Shown piece after piece: positions 29,912 through 38,820 of a stretch of DNA of 64,000 bases (position 1 is the stretch's first letter; the number at the start of each line of letters is the position of its first letter). Below the pieces are notes generated by a model that had not been told where the DNA came from, did no database searches, and was given only the letters and a program-made list of their open reading frames with translations. A program made the position numbers and the translations under genes. The DNA comes from Candidatus Bathyarchaeota archaeon (lineage in GTDB: Archaea > Thermoproteota > Bathyarchaeia > TCS64), in the NCBI GenBank assembly GCA_963769425.1, contig CAVYLP010000004.1, positions 256,001-320,000 of the forward strand, in the 5' to 3' direction.

Positions 29912-31140
29912 CATTTCTTGGACTTCCAATCCCTCAACTGCCACATTCCGTAAATGGGTTCGCCTGATGCGTTTGTTGGTTGCTCGAAATAGTTCTTTAG
30001 TGCTAAGTTGAATGTATTTGGGGAGCACTTTATTCGATTGTTGACAACTGAATAGATGTCACTACTGCGCATTGGGCCATTTTTTAGAACCTCCCTTATC
30101 TCCTGTGAAACCGAATGTCTCTTTCTATAAGGAATAGATTCTGCATCTGTTGTTTCATAGGATTTTGGAGGTGTAATGAAGTCGTCAATATTGACCATGT
30201 CTAGTGGGCTGTCAACCAAACTGTAAGCTAAAAGTTCACGAGTGATGTTTCCCTGATCACGCCTATCAACTGTGTCATAAAGGTGTGACTCATGAATTCT
30301 GGCGTATTCTTTGCCTCTATCAACTGACTTATTGTATAGTTCGATTGCCTGAGGTGGGATCACTGTCTCTCTTTTAGGGATCATGTCAAGCAATTTTTTA
30401 TTATATAATCCTAAGAGCCTCAATTTTGGATAGTTCCACTCTATTATGGGGTTCCTCATGTTTTTCTCGTGCTCATCGTCTGTAACATCTAACCGAATGA
30501 ATTTAACGCGAGACAAGAACGCATTTTCTTCAAGGAAATCCATAAGCGATGGTTCGAGTATGTGCGAACAAAATACAAACGTACTGTGGCATTTATAGTA
30601 GATTTTACGCTCATCGAGCTTTAAGCCGTCGTGATCTTCACGCCAAAACTCTAGTTCCGTGTCATCTATCTCGCTGACCTTTAGAATGTCTCTTACGACT
30701 TCATCGCCTTCGAGGAGCTTGTTAAGCACACCAATCTGTTTCTTTATTGCTTGAGCCGACTCCATGAAAGCCAAGAACTCTGTGATATAGACCATTTTAT
30801 AGCCATAGAACGCTGGGGGATGGAAGTGACCATCTTTAGCCAATCCTCCCATGCAAGACTGTATTGAGGTGTCGCTGAGGTTTACTGTGGGATAGCTCCC
30901 TGTTGGAATACAATTCTCGTTAAAGACCCTGATCATGGTATCCTTTAGCATGGCTGGAGGCGAGTAGATGAAAAGGTGCTGTCTGAGCCTAAACTCTGGA
31001 CTTCTTGCTAATGGCTGAGCGTTGCTTAAAATGAAAGCCTTCTCAAGTTCTGGGAAGACCTTCGCGCCTAGGTAACCCGTGGCCTCCTCGCCAATTTGCC
31101 GAGCTAGGTTAATTGGGTCAACCTTTCGAGCCTCGCCCAT
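29911..31140 (-). CDS. Divergent MCM-like AAA+ helicase with C-terminal wHTH
   Basis: HLFIYSPPAMLKD (Walker A-like), VYITEF (Walker B-like), LNKLLEGD, FLSRV (Arg finger); ATG at 31140 likely. Confidence 0.65.
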   Translation of the reverse strand: MGEARKVDPINLARQIGEEATGYLGAKVFPELEKAFILSNAQPLARSPEFRLRQHLFIYSPPAMLKDTMIRVFNENCIPTGSYPTVNLSDTSIQSCMGGLAKDGHFHPPAFYGYKMVYITEFLAFMESAQAIKKQIGVLNKLLEGDEVVRDILKVSEIDDTELEFWREDHDGLKLDERKIYYKCHSTFVFCSHILEPSLMDFLEENAFLSRVKFIRLDVTDDEHEKNMRNPIIEWNYPKLRLLGLYNKKLLDMIPKRETVIPPQAIELYNKSVDRGKEYARIHESHLYDTVDRRDQGNITRELLAYSLVDSPLDMVNIDDFITPPKSYETTDAESIPYRKRHSVSQEIREVLKNGPMRSSDIYSVVNNRIKCSPNTFNLALKNYFEQPTNASGEPIYGMWQLRDWKSKK

Positions 31141-31192
31141 AGTTTCAAGAGTCGAGGAGCCGGTGCTTAAGGCTTCGCGCGAGGGGAAGGGT

Positions 31193-31468
31193 TCACTTTG
31201 AACTGGTGTCAAAGCTGTCTGCCTCCTCTTCATTTTTAAGTTGCTCGATGTCTTCAAGGGTCAAGATGAATAATTTTGTACCCTCGGGATGTTTTTTGAC
31301 GCATGCAAAATATACATCTGGATACGTCTGGTGGATTGTTCTCTCAATTTCTTTCCATTGCTCGAAGCTGGTTTTAAAAACAACGCCAACAACGGCTGAA
31401 TTTCCTTTATTTTGACTAGAAATTTTTAATCGCTTAAAAACCTCTTCAATTTCATTATTTGTGTCCAT
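31193..31468 (-). CDS. Hypothetical protein upstream of the helicase
   Basis: MDTNNEIEEV..., ATG at 31468 preceded by GAGTGA. Confidence 0.6.
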   Translation of the reverse strand: MDTNNEIEEVFKRLKISSQNKGNSAVVGVVFKTSFEQWKEIERTIHQTYPDVYFACVKKHPEGTKLFILTLEDIEQLKNEEEADSFDTSSK

Positions 31469-31489
31469 TTTTTCACTCTTCCTACTGAA

Positions 31490-31910
31490 TGCTCCCAAGC
31501 AACTAGACCTGAGCCATTTGCGCTTTCACGCTTCGCAGGCCGCTTTCGCTTGCTGGGTTTCTGGAGCCAAGGTATGTCTCCTCGACCTTGGACTATCGTA
31601 GTCAATCGTTGATGGGTTCATCGGGCGAGAGTTGACCCGACACCCTTTCACTCCCATTGTGGCGGCTTGTCGGGTAGAGGATGTTGGCATCATAAAGCCC
31701 TACAAGTCGTTTCCACTGGATTTCTGTTGAGTATAACGGTTGCACATTGGAACCACCTTGGGCGGTGAAATTCCCCAAGGTGTTGAAGTGACGTTTCACC
31801 GATGCGCTAAATTCCAATGCACAACCGATCAAGTCGTTTCGCCTAATGGTGATGAGCCACAAGGTTACGCGACATGACAATGATTTCGGGAGCTGATGAT
31901 GCTCCCACTA
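31490..31910 (-). ncRNA. Candidate large structured RNA or 5' leader
   Basis: About 9 stems, GAAA tetraloops, 8-bp pseudoknot, G-U pairs mostly on the minus strand, upstream TATA-like element. Confidence 0.65.
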
Positions 31911-31993
31911 TATGTTATGCTTTCTATTCCGAGCGTTTTTCTCGTAACTTTAAGATTTTAAAGCCATTTATGCGAGTCTGTTTGGTGTTTTAG

Positions 31994-32590
31994 CTAAATC
32001 TGGATGATGATTTTTGAGTTTTTTCTGCTTTTCTTTACGGCTGTTTGGGTCTTGGTTTGTGGCTCTATGTCTTCGATGAGGTCTGATAGATTCCCCTGCA
32101 TTCTATCGACTGCCCCGGCTGTCCTTTTTAGGGTCGAGCCAATCATGCCACTGTAGGTTGTGATCCCATCACTGGTTTTTTTATAGAGCAATAGCCCATC
32201 CAAAGGCGTTAGTAGAATCATAACACGCTCCCAATCTGAGCCAAGAAAACTGTCTATATCGCTTTGAGAGAATTCGGTGCTGTGCAAATGACTGTGAACA
32301 CTGCCAATTGCGGTTGAGGGGATTTGATCGAAGACTATCTCGGCACGCTCCCCCAGCTGGTGGCCTGATAGAATGAACTCGCCATTTTGCTTCAATACCA
32401 GGGCCCCGACCTCCTTTCCCCGCCTGTTGGATAGGTCGCGCATTTCTTTCAATTGTTGGGTTATGGGATAGTCAACTAGAACCCTCGTCGGGGTTGATGC
32501 TAGAAAAACTGTAACCTTGTCTGGTTGTCCCTCAACATGATCTTTTACGGCGATAAGTTGCCCCTGTTGGTTGAATATTGGTTTTCGCAT
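31994..32590 (-). CDS. JAB/MPN+ (JAMM) domain protein
   Basis: KEVGAL...SVHSHLHSTEFSQSD = E...H-S-H-x6-S-x2-D. Confidence 0.75.
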   Translation of the reverse strand: MRKPIFNQQGQLIAVKDHVEGQPDKVTVFLASTPTRVLVDYPITQQLKEMRDLSNRRGKEVGALVLKQNGEFILSGHQLGERAEIVFDQIPSTAIGSVHSHLHSTEFSQSDIDSFLGSDWERVMILLTPLDGLLLYKKTSDGITTYSGMIGSTLKRTAGAVDRMQGNLSDLIEDIEPQTKTQTAVKKSRKNSKIIIQI

Positions 32591-32603
32591 TTTTAGACCT
32601 CAA

Positions 32604-32822
32604 TCAAGGGTGATAGAATACTTCGGCATCGATTTTCTTGATCCCATAAAAGCACTCGTGGAACAGCTCACGGTCTGGTGCTAGAACACAATCGCAATAA
32701 TTATCGCACGTACTGCATTCCTTTTTGGGAAAATACACGAAATTCTGCTCCATTTCCATCCAAGTTCCGCCGATCAGAATTGACTTTCCATCGGCACTAA
32801 TTTGGGGGGTTTCAGTTGTCAT
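32604..32822 (-). CDS. Small Cys-rich protein
   Basis: CSTCDNYCDC...C. Confidence 0.55.
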   Translation of the reverse strand: MTTETPQISADGKSILIGGTWMEMEQNFVYFPKKECSTCDNYCDCVLAPDRELFHECFYGIKKIDAEVFYHP

Positions 32823-33366
32823 TTTCTAATTCCGCCTTTAACTTTCTAGCTAAAATCTGTGCTTTCTTCCTGTCCTCGATGCTTGCGTTTGAAAACCGCT
32901 CGATCTCAGCCCAAGCTTGGATTTTGATTTCCTCGGCACTAGCCCCGATGTCGTCGTAATCGGTGGGAAGGACGGCATTTTTTGGCTTCCTTTGCTTCTC
33001 TATACCGAGTTCCTTCTTTAGAAGCGAATCAACTTTTTCTTGATTTATTGCGGTGTCGTGCAACTGCTCTTCCCGGGCGATTTCAAACACCTGTTCATCC
33101 TCGGTTCTGCGAACATCGTATTCTTTAACCCAAAGGGCCAAATTATGATCGACCTTCGCCAAATTCTGAATGTCTTTTGCTCCACCAATTGTCTGGCGTT
33201 TTACCTCCCTGCAATAAAAAATGATGTTTTTCATAAAATCCGACGAGCTTAGAGGATAAGCTAGCTCTTCCTGATAGTGTTTCGGTGGATTGGGGTGCTC
33301 TGAATCCCAAATTCTTCTGCGCCTCTTGTATATCTCGGCTAATTCAACTGACATCTCAAAATTCAC
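32812..33366 (-). CDS. Hypothetical helical protein
   Basis: Charged ORF in the co-directional operon. Confidence 0.6.
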   Translation of the reverse strand: MNFEMSVELAEIYKRRRRIWDSEHPNPPKHYQEELAYPLSSSDFMKNIIFYCREVKRQTIGGAKDIQNLAKVDHNLALWVKEYDVRRTEDEQVFEIAREEQLHDTAINQEKVDSLLKKELGIEKQRKPKNAVLPTDYDDIGASAEEIKIQAWAEIERFSNASIEDRKKAQILARKLKAELENDN

Positions 33367-33483
33367 CTTTTAATTTGAACTCTCCATTGTTGATTTTTTC
33401 CTCAATTTGTTGCGGGATAATGCCTACATGAACCACTTGATTGTTTTTATCGACGACAATTCCGGCCCTGACTTCCTTCTGAC

Positions 33484-33916
33484 TCAAAGCAGGTACCACC
33501 TCTCACCCGACCTTCGATTGACCCTTACCCATTGACTGAGACCTTTCAATCGAGGTTGATTATTTTCGACATCAAACATCCCCATCGAAGCATCCTGAAT
33601 TGGTTCGAAAACTTCCTGAACACTGCCACTGTTTCCAATGTATCCCTTGATTAGAAAGTCAACCAACTTGCACCCAACCCCCGCCATGCTCGACCCAAAA
33701 ACTGTATAGCAAGAGAAAATCGCTAGCCTTTTTGTATGCCGAGTCTAAATCTTCGAATCTTTGAGGCTTAAATGGTATCCAGATGTCCTCGAAGTTATTT
33801 TCTTTCGAGTGATAGACTTTCCCGGCCATAAAAACATCATCTTCGTTATACTCAATATTCTGAGTCTTTTTTCCCTTCATTATCATTATTGGAAAATGAT
33901 CTAATTTTATCGACAT
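33484..33916 (-). CDS. Hypothetical protein, probably one gene split by a frameshift near 33680
   Basis: Two overlapping ORFs, 33659-33916 and 33484-33687. Confidence 0.45.
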
Positions 33917-33977
33917 GATTTTTTTTCTCCTTTTTTTATTTGCTTGATTAATAGCCTTGATTTTGTGCGCTTAGATT

Positions 33978-34187
33978 TCATTTTTGAAGCATCTGCTCGA
34001 AAACTTTTACAAGCTTCGCTTTTCTCTCGGCGATCTTCTTCTGGACATCGGGGCTAATTTCCCCGTTAGCTAAACAATCCCCATTTTCGAGACCGTAAAC
34101 AAGCCCTGCAACCTTGGGCCTCTTTTTGAATCTATTAGTGATTATCTCGAACATTTTAATCACTTCTTTTTGATGAATTGACGGCAA
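33978..34187 (-). CDS. Small hypothetical protein (likely start MFEII)
   Basis: Follows the RHH gene in the operon. Confidence 0.5.
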   Translation of the reverse strand: MPSIHQKEVIKMFEIITNRFKKRPKVAGLVYGLENGDCLANGEISPDVQKKIAERKAKLVKVFEQMLQK

Positions 34188-34312
34188 AATATCTCGATTG
34201 ATTCCCGCACAATCACGCTTCTGCTTTTTCCTGTAATCTTTGATATTTGATCTAAAAGTTGTCTTTGCTCGGGTGTGAATGATACACTTGTGCTAATCCT
34301 TTTTCTCGGCAT
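34160..34312 (-). CDS. Ribbon-helix-helix (CopG-like) regulator, missed by the ORF track
   Basis: MPRKRISTSVSFTPEQRQLLDQISKITGKSRSVIVRESIEIFCRQFIKKK*, 50 aa. Confidence 0.85.
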   Translation of the reverse strand: MPRKRISTSVSFTPEQRQLLDQISKITGKSRSVIVRESIEIFCRQFIKKK

Positions 34313-34492
34313 GGTAGTGACCCCGCAACTACCTCAATATTACGTAATACTTTTTCAGGATCAAAGTGGGCATTATTTTGAGGCGGTTATGGGAAATTGT
34401 ATAATAAAATGGTCATTTAGACGGCTGTGCAGTTCTGCATATATTTATCGCAGATTTAATTTATATGAAAGTCTAAGATATTTAGGATTTAA

Positions 34493-35344
34493 TTGCCTGA
34501 TAAACTGGAAAAGCTAACGAGACAAGAAGCTAGTAAAGAATTAGCTTCATCAATACAATGGTTTCGAGAAAAAGGAAATGCCAGAACTGTTAGATGGTTG
34601 GAATTTATTTTAAATAACATAAAAATGGAGAACCCTTCAGATTATACGTCGGATATTTTCGAGGTTATTTCAGCTTATTATGCAGATGTTGAAGAACGAG
34701 GAGCTGGATTAAAAATTTGCTCAGAAACCATTGGAAGGATTATAATCAATGTTTTAAAAGGAAATAGGGGAGTCGATACATTTAGATCGTCATTATTAGA
34801 AATGTATCCACTTATTGTAAAATGGAGGATCACTCAGGAAAATTTAAAAAGGATATTGGATTTAAAAAATGAGAAACTAAGTATAAGTGCTCAATACCAT
34901 TTATTATTATTCTTATATCTAATTACTATAGAGGGATCATATTCTAATTGGATAAGGATATTATATAAGTTACAATGTATATCAAATCATAAAAAATGCA
35001 ATTTATCAAGTATTGAAGATATTACCCCTTTTAAAATTAAACAAAATATGATTGAAATGAATGCCGGTTGTAATATTTTTTTTAGTGGATACTTTGATGG
35101 TAATCTACGCAACGCCATCGGTCACGGCGATTTCGCATTTAATGAGTCAACTAACCGAATGATATTCAACCATACTTGGAATGGACAAATCAAATTTAGA
35201 GAAGAAATCAGTTATGATGAGTTCCTCGACATCTTCAGGTTGATTGATAATTTTATTGTAATAAATATCAATTATTTCTTTATTTTACGTTTAACCAGTT
35301 ATAGACATTTTTTTAAGAATTACCAAAAAACCCGTACAACCTAA
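34493..35344 (+). CDS. HEPN-motif protein (putative RNase)
   Basis: LRNAIGHGDF (R-x4-H); AT-rich. Confidence 0.6.
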   Translation: MPDKLEKLTRQEASKELASSIQWFREKGNARTVRWLEFILNNIKMENPSDYTSDIFEVISAYYADVEERGAGLKICSETIGRIIINVLKGNRGVDTFRSSLLEMYPLIVKWRITQENLKRILDLKNEKLSISAQYHLLLFLYLITIEGSYSNWIRILYKLQCISNHKKCNLSSIEDITPFKIKQNMIEMNAGCNIFFSGYFDGNLRNAIGHGDFAFNESTNRMIFNHTWNGQIKFREEISYDEFLDIFRLIDNFIVININYFFILRLTSYRHFFKNYQKTRTT

Positions 35345-35548
35345 TCATATGCGCAATTTTTATAGAAGAAGAAGTTTTTCAAAGTGCATTTGGTGTGGGA
35401 GAACCATCGACATAACAAAACAAGGAGCGCGCGCACATCCATTAACCAGGTGCTCTCATCCAAAAGGGCAGAATTAAAGGATATAACAAGAATCAATTTT
35501 AACTCAAAGCTTTTATCCGGAAATAACTACAAGTGTAAATGATTAATA

Positions 35549-36205
35549 ATGAAAAAATCGAGCAAGTTAATTCTCCTCGCGGGCCTTGTTGTTCTGATAA
35601 CCGCTTCTGTAGTGACCGCTCTCGCCCTCACATCACATCTAAAAGTCCAAGATGGCAAATTAACACTCTCTCTGACATCTGAGACTGTCCTTTTTAATGA
35701 CGATTTCAATGGTGTTTCCTTGGCTTCTCCTTGGCTCGTCGAGGACACGGGATCAACCATCACGGCCTATTTTCCATTCACTCCACCATCGGGACATTAC
35801 ACGGTCTCTGCTAGAGTAAGCTCCTCACAACTAGCAGCCTTCGCCTTGCGTCTGCATAGTGGATCAACGCCAATCACGGGTTCTATAAGTGGGATACAAT
35901 TGGAGATGGATCCTGGTGTTTCAGGAAAATGGTTCATGGCTTCTTGGGCTTCTTCTGGTGGGTGGACTTGGAACAATATTGCCGGCCCTGTTAACATGAA
36001 TACTTGGTACATTTTGGAGATGGTTGTGCAACAAAGCCCCTTTCAAGTAACCTATAACGTGTATAGTGACAACAAGCAAGCATTATTGGGGAGTTATACA
36101 ACAAGCAGTTTTTCTGTCACATACCAGAGCATTGACTACATTTGCCTTGAACTGTGGACGGGGCCTTCAAGTTACAGTATTGATTGGATTAAAGTAACAT
36201 CCTAA
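35549..36205 (+). CDS. Secreted or anchored beta-sandwich (ConA/lectin-like) protein
   Basis: N-terminal signal/TM; LFNDDFNG...WYILEM...IDWIKV pattern. Confidence 0.55.
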   Translation: MKKSSKLILLAGLVVLITASVVTALALTSHLKVQDGKLTLSLTSETVLFNDDFNGVSLASPWLVEDTGSTITAYFPFTPPSGHYTVSARVSSSQLAAFALRLHSGSTPITGSISGIQLEMDPGVSGKWFMASWASSGGWTWNNIAGPVNMNTWYILEMVVQQSPFQVTYNVYSDNKQALLGSYTTSSFSVTYQSIDYICLELWTGPSSYSIDWIKVTS

Positions 36206-36256
36206 AACCTATAATTTGAGTCTAGTAATTTGTAACTTTTCAATTGCCACCAATAA

Positions 36257-37262
36257 TTAAGATGAGCTTATAGTAGAAATTTGTTTTAGAGTTTCTTGAT
36301 AACTATTGTATAAATAGTTAAGGAGGACAATGGAAATCGTAATCAATGGTGCCAATTTTTCAAGCATGTCCTTGAAAAGTTGCAAAAATTCTGAAGCAAA
36401 CTTTACTAAGAGATTGCCAATCTCTTTAAAGATAGCTAACAACCCCGTTATTACTTTTTTTTCAAATATAAGAGCAATGAAGCCTAATCCAATCAATAGC
36501 ATAATCCAATCGGGTAATTTAGAAATAGCCTTTATCGTGCCACTTGCAAGTCCTATGAAAAATTTAGTGATCTCCGCTTAATACCTCAAGTAGAGCACGA
36601 ATAATCGCGACTCCTAACTGAAAAATAGCATAAAATATATTTGGTAAAATCTTTGAAATTGTAAAAAATGAAAAACTTCCCTTTTTAAAAATGGATATTA
36701 AACTTCCTATATTTTTTATTTTCCATGTCTTGACAGAAGGCTGGTCTATGATGTCAGAGTCCTTTGTGATAATTCCATGCGCTTTTATTTGGATACTTAA
36801 AGCTAAAAAAGAGACATCATTTGGGTCTCTCTTTCCAATGATAGAGTAACCCTCAAACAAAGCCAGAAGATTAGTGGGATTAAGGATAGTTAATCTCGGA
36901 AGTATGTCGGTGTTCCAAGTCTTCATTAGAATTTCTTTATTTAATTTCATTTTCACAGATAGTTCCTTGATGTGCCGTTCTACCTCCTCTATGAGTGTAA
37001 AAGGAGCGTATAGATGTAAGAAGGGCTCTGTGATTAGTTTGTGCAAAAAGGATTCTCCACGTTTGGCATAAGAAATTAAATTTGAAATTATCGAGCTGGA
37101 ATCAACAACTAGTTTCAAATCTAGTTTGAATGTATTACCAACAAAATTAGATATGTTCTGCTCGAAATACGCCTTTAAATCAGTAATAAGATCAACTGGA
37201 AAACCCTCTAGAATCCCCTCAATCGACTTATCTATTTTTCGAAAATCGACATGAGTTATCAT
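36257..37262 (-). CDS. PIN-domain nuclease fused to a hydrophobic C-terminal region (frameshift near 36575)
   Basis: LVVDSS, EEV, RDPNDVSFLAL and ITKDSD; the frame continues as ...EITKFFIGLASGTIKAISKLPDWIMLLIGLGF... Confidence 0.7.
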
Positions 37263-37463
37263 TATTATTTAAAAATACTAAATGGAAGTCTAAAAGGTTT
37301 ATGCACACTTACATTGACATGGCGCGCGCTCTCAAGGAACTTATACGCCCTCCTTTTTATGAAATTTTATCTCGAAATAGAGAGGTTAATGCGGGCACCC
37401 CTAGAAGTCTTATAACCCCTCAATGCGTACTAATTTTCTAATTGGAGGACTCCACTAAATGAG

Positions 37464-37496
37464 GAATCCAACGAAAAATATCATATTCTGCGAGGA
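37464..37496 (+). repeat. attR: inner inverted-repeat arm (37464-37483) plus core direct repeat (37485-37496)
   Basis: GAATCCAACGAAAAATATCA (16/20 match to the reverse complement of the left arm), then ATTCTGCGAGGA. Confidence 0.8.
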
Positions 37497-37502
37497 ACCT
37501 AC

Positions 37503-38768
37503 TTGGCAGATACTATAATTGAGGTACCCGGGCAGCCTTGGTTCAAGGATAAACCCATTCAACTCACATTCCCAGCCGCTTGGAAGGTCCAGAGATGCAA
37601 GATGGCGGGGGAGGACCAGAAGGGGCTCACGAAGGCCCAGATCAGGAAGGCCATTAGGAATCCCCTCGGAACGAAGCCATTGGCGAAGCTCGCGAAGGAC
37701 CGGAAGGAGGCGGTGATAATCTTCGATGACTCCACCCGTCCCACGAAGACCCACCAGTACGCACCCATAGTGCTCGAGGAGATTAAGAAGGCCGGGATCA
37801 AGGATGAGAACATCCGCTTCATAGTCGCCCCCGGTAGCCACGGCACCTTCAGTCGCCAGTTCTTCGCCAAGAAGCTCGGCGAGGACATCCTCGAGAGGTA
37901 CCCAGTCTACAACCACAACCCCTACGAGATGTGTAAGAACCTCGGCACAACCAGCTACGGGACACCAGTCTGGGTGAACGCCGAGGTCGCCGCCTGCGAC
38001 CTGAAGATCGGCATAGGCAGCGTCCTCTACCACAGGATGAGCGGCTTCAGCGGCGGCGGCAAAATAATCAGCCCCGGCGTCGCGGGCATCGAAACCATCC
38101 GCGCAAACCACGGCCCGCTCGGCGGCTTCGGCCCCGGCCTCACCCCCCACAAGACAACCGGATACCTCCGCAACGACGAGAACGTGCTCCGCCTCGACGT
38201 TGAGGAGACCGCCCGCATCGCCGGCCTAGACTTCAAAATCGACTCCGTCCTCAACCTCAAGCGAGACCCCATAGAAACCTACGCAGGTGACTTCATCCAG
38301 ACCCACAGAAGGGCGTCCGAAGGCGTCGCCCGCTGGCACAAGACTGAGTCCCCGAAGGAGATGGACATCGTCGTCGCCAACAGCTACATGCGCCCCAACG
38401 AGCCCTACCTAGGACTCTGGCCCGCCCAGGAGTCTGTGAAGCAGGACGGCTCCGTCGTCCTCATCTGTAACGACCCCGAGGGAGACATCAACCACTGGAT
38501 ATTCAACAACCACGGCAAGTACGCCGCTGCGAGCCTCTGGAGCGGCAAGGCGAGGAACCTAACACGCGGCGCTCGTCTCATAGTCTACAGCCCCTACCCA
38601 CTCAAGACACTCGAGTGGCGCCTCGGCGCCCCCGGCACTGTGACGTGGTGCAAGAAGTGGGACGAGGTCATCGAGGAGCTGAAGAAGTACCACAAGGGGA
38701 GCCCCAGGGTCGCCGTCCTCCCCGACGGCACGAGTGGCATTCCCGCCTCCTTCCTCGACAAGTCATAA
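37503..38768 (+). CDS. Lactate racemase (LarA) domain protein
   Basis: DDSTRPT, GSHG, HNP, LGTTSYGTPV and GFSGGGK motifs. Confidence 0.85.
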   Translation: MADTIIEVPGQPWFKDKPIQLTFPAAWKVQRCKMAGEDQKGLTKAQIRKAIRNPLGTKPLAKLAKDRKEAVIIFDDSTRPTKTHQYAPIVLEEIKKAGIKDENIRFIVAPGSHGTFSRQFFAKKLGEDILERYPVYNHNPYEMCKNLGTTSYGTPVWVNAEVAACDLKIGIGSVLYHRMSGFSGGGKIISPGVAGIETIRANHGPLGGFGPGLTPHKTTGYLRNDENVLRLDVEETARIAGLDFKIDSVLNLKRDPIETYAGDFIQTHRRASEGVARWHKTESPKEMDIVVANSYMRPNEPYLGLWPAQESVKQDGSVVLICNDPEGDINHWIFNNHGKYAAASLWSGKARNLTRGARLIVYSPYPLKTLEWRLGAPGTVTWCKKWDEVIEELKKYHKGSPRVAVLPDGTSGIPASFLDKS

Positions 38769-38820
38769 CCCGACACACTAAAACTTATTAATCTCAACCA
38801 ATCCCCTATCAGCCTAGCCG

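Larger units (their letters stand above)
25810..37496. mobile_element. 11.7-kb integrative element (tyrosine integrase, MCM-like replicon)
   Basis: Terminal direct repeat ATTCTGCGAGGA, subterminal inverted repeats, integrase at the left end, AT-rich interior with sharp composition boundaries. Confidence 0.88.

Noticed and set aside
31590-31612. Group I intron R/S-like words (TCAACGA..GACTA, ATAGTCC on the minus strand) in the structured region
   Set aside because: No room for P3'/P8 between them, no P/Q elements and no interrupted gene
31602-31880. 92-aa minus-strand ORF
   Set aside because: No RBS or recognisable motif; better explained as a chance ORF within structured RNA
31893-31899. 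CTGATGA hammerhead core (also CTGAAGA at 38922-38928)
   Set aside because: No stem II followed by GAAA on the same strand
31490-31910. RNase P RNA or group II intron identity for the structured RNA
   Set aside because: GAGGA- and ACAGAA-like words are in the wrong order; no GUGCG start or domain V
25810-37496. Provirus or casposon call
   Set aside because: No recognisable capsid, packaging ATPase, PolB or Cas1
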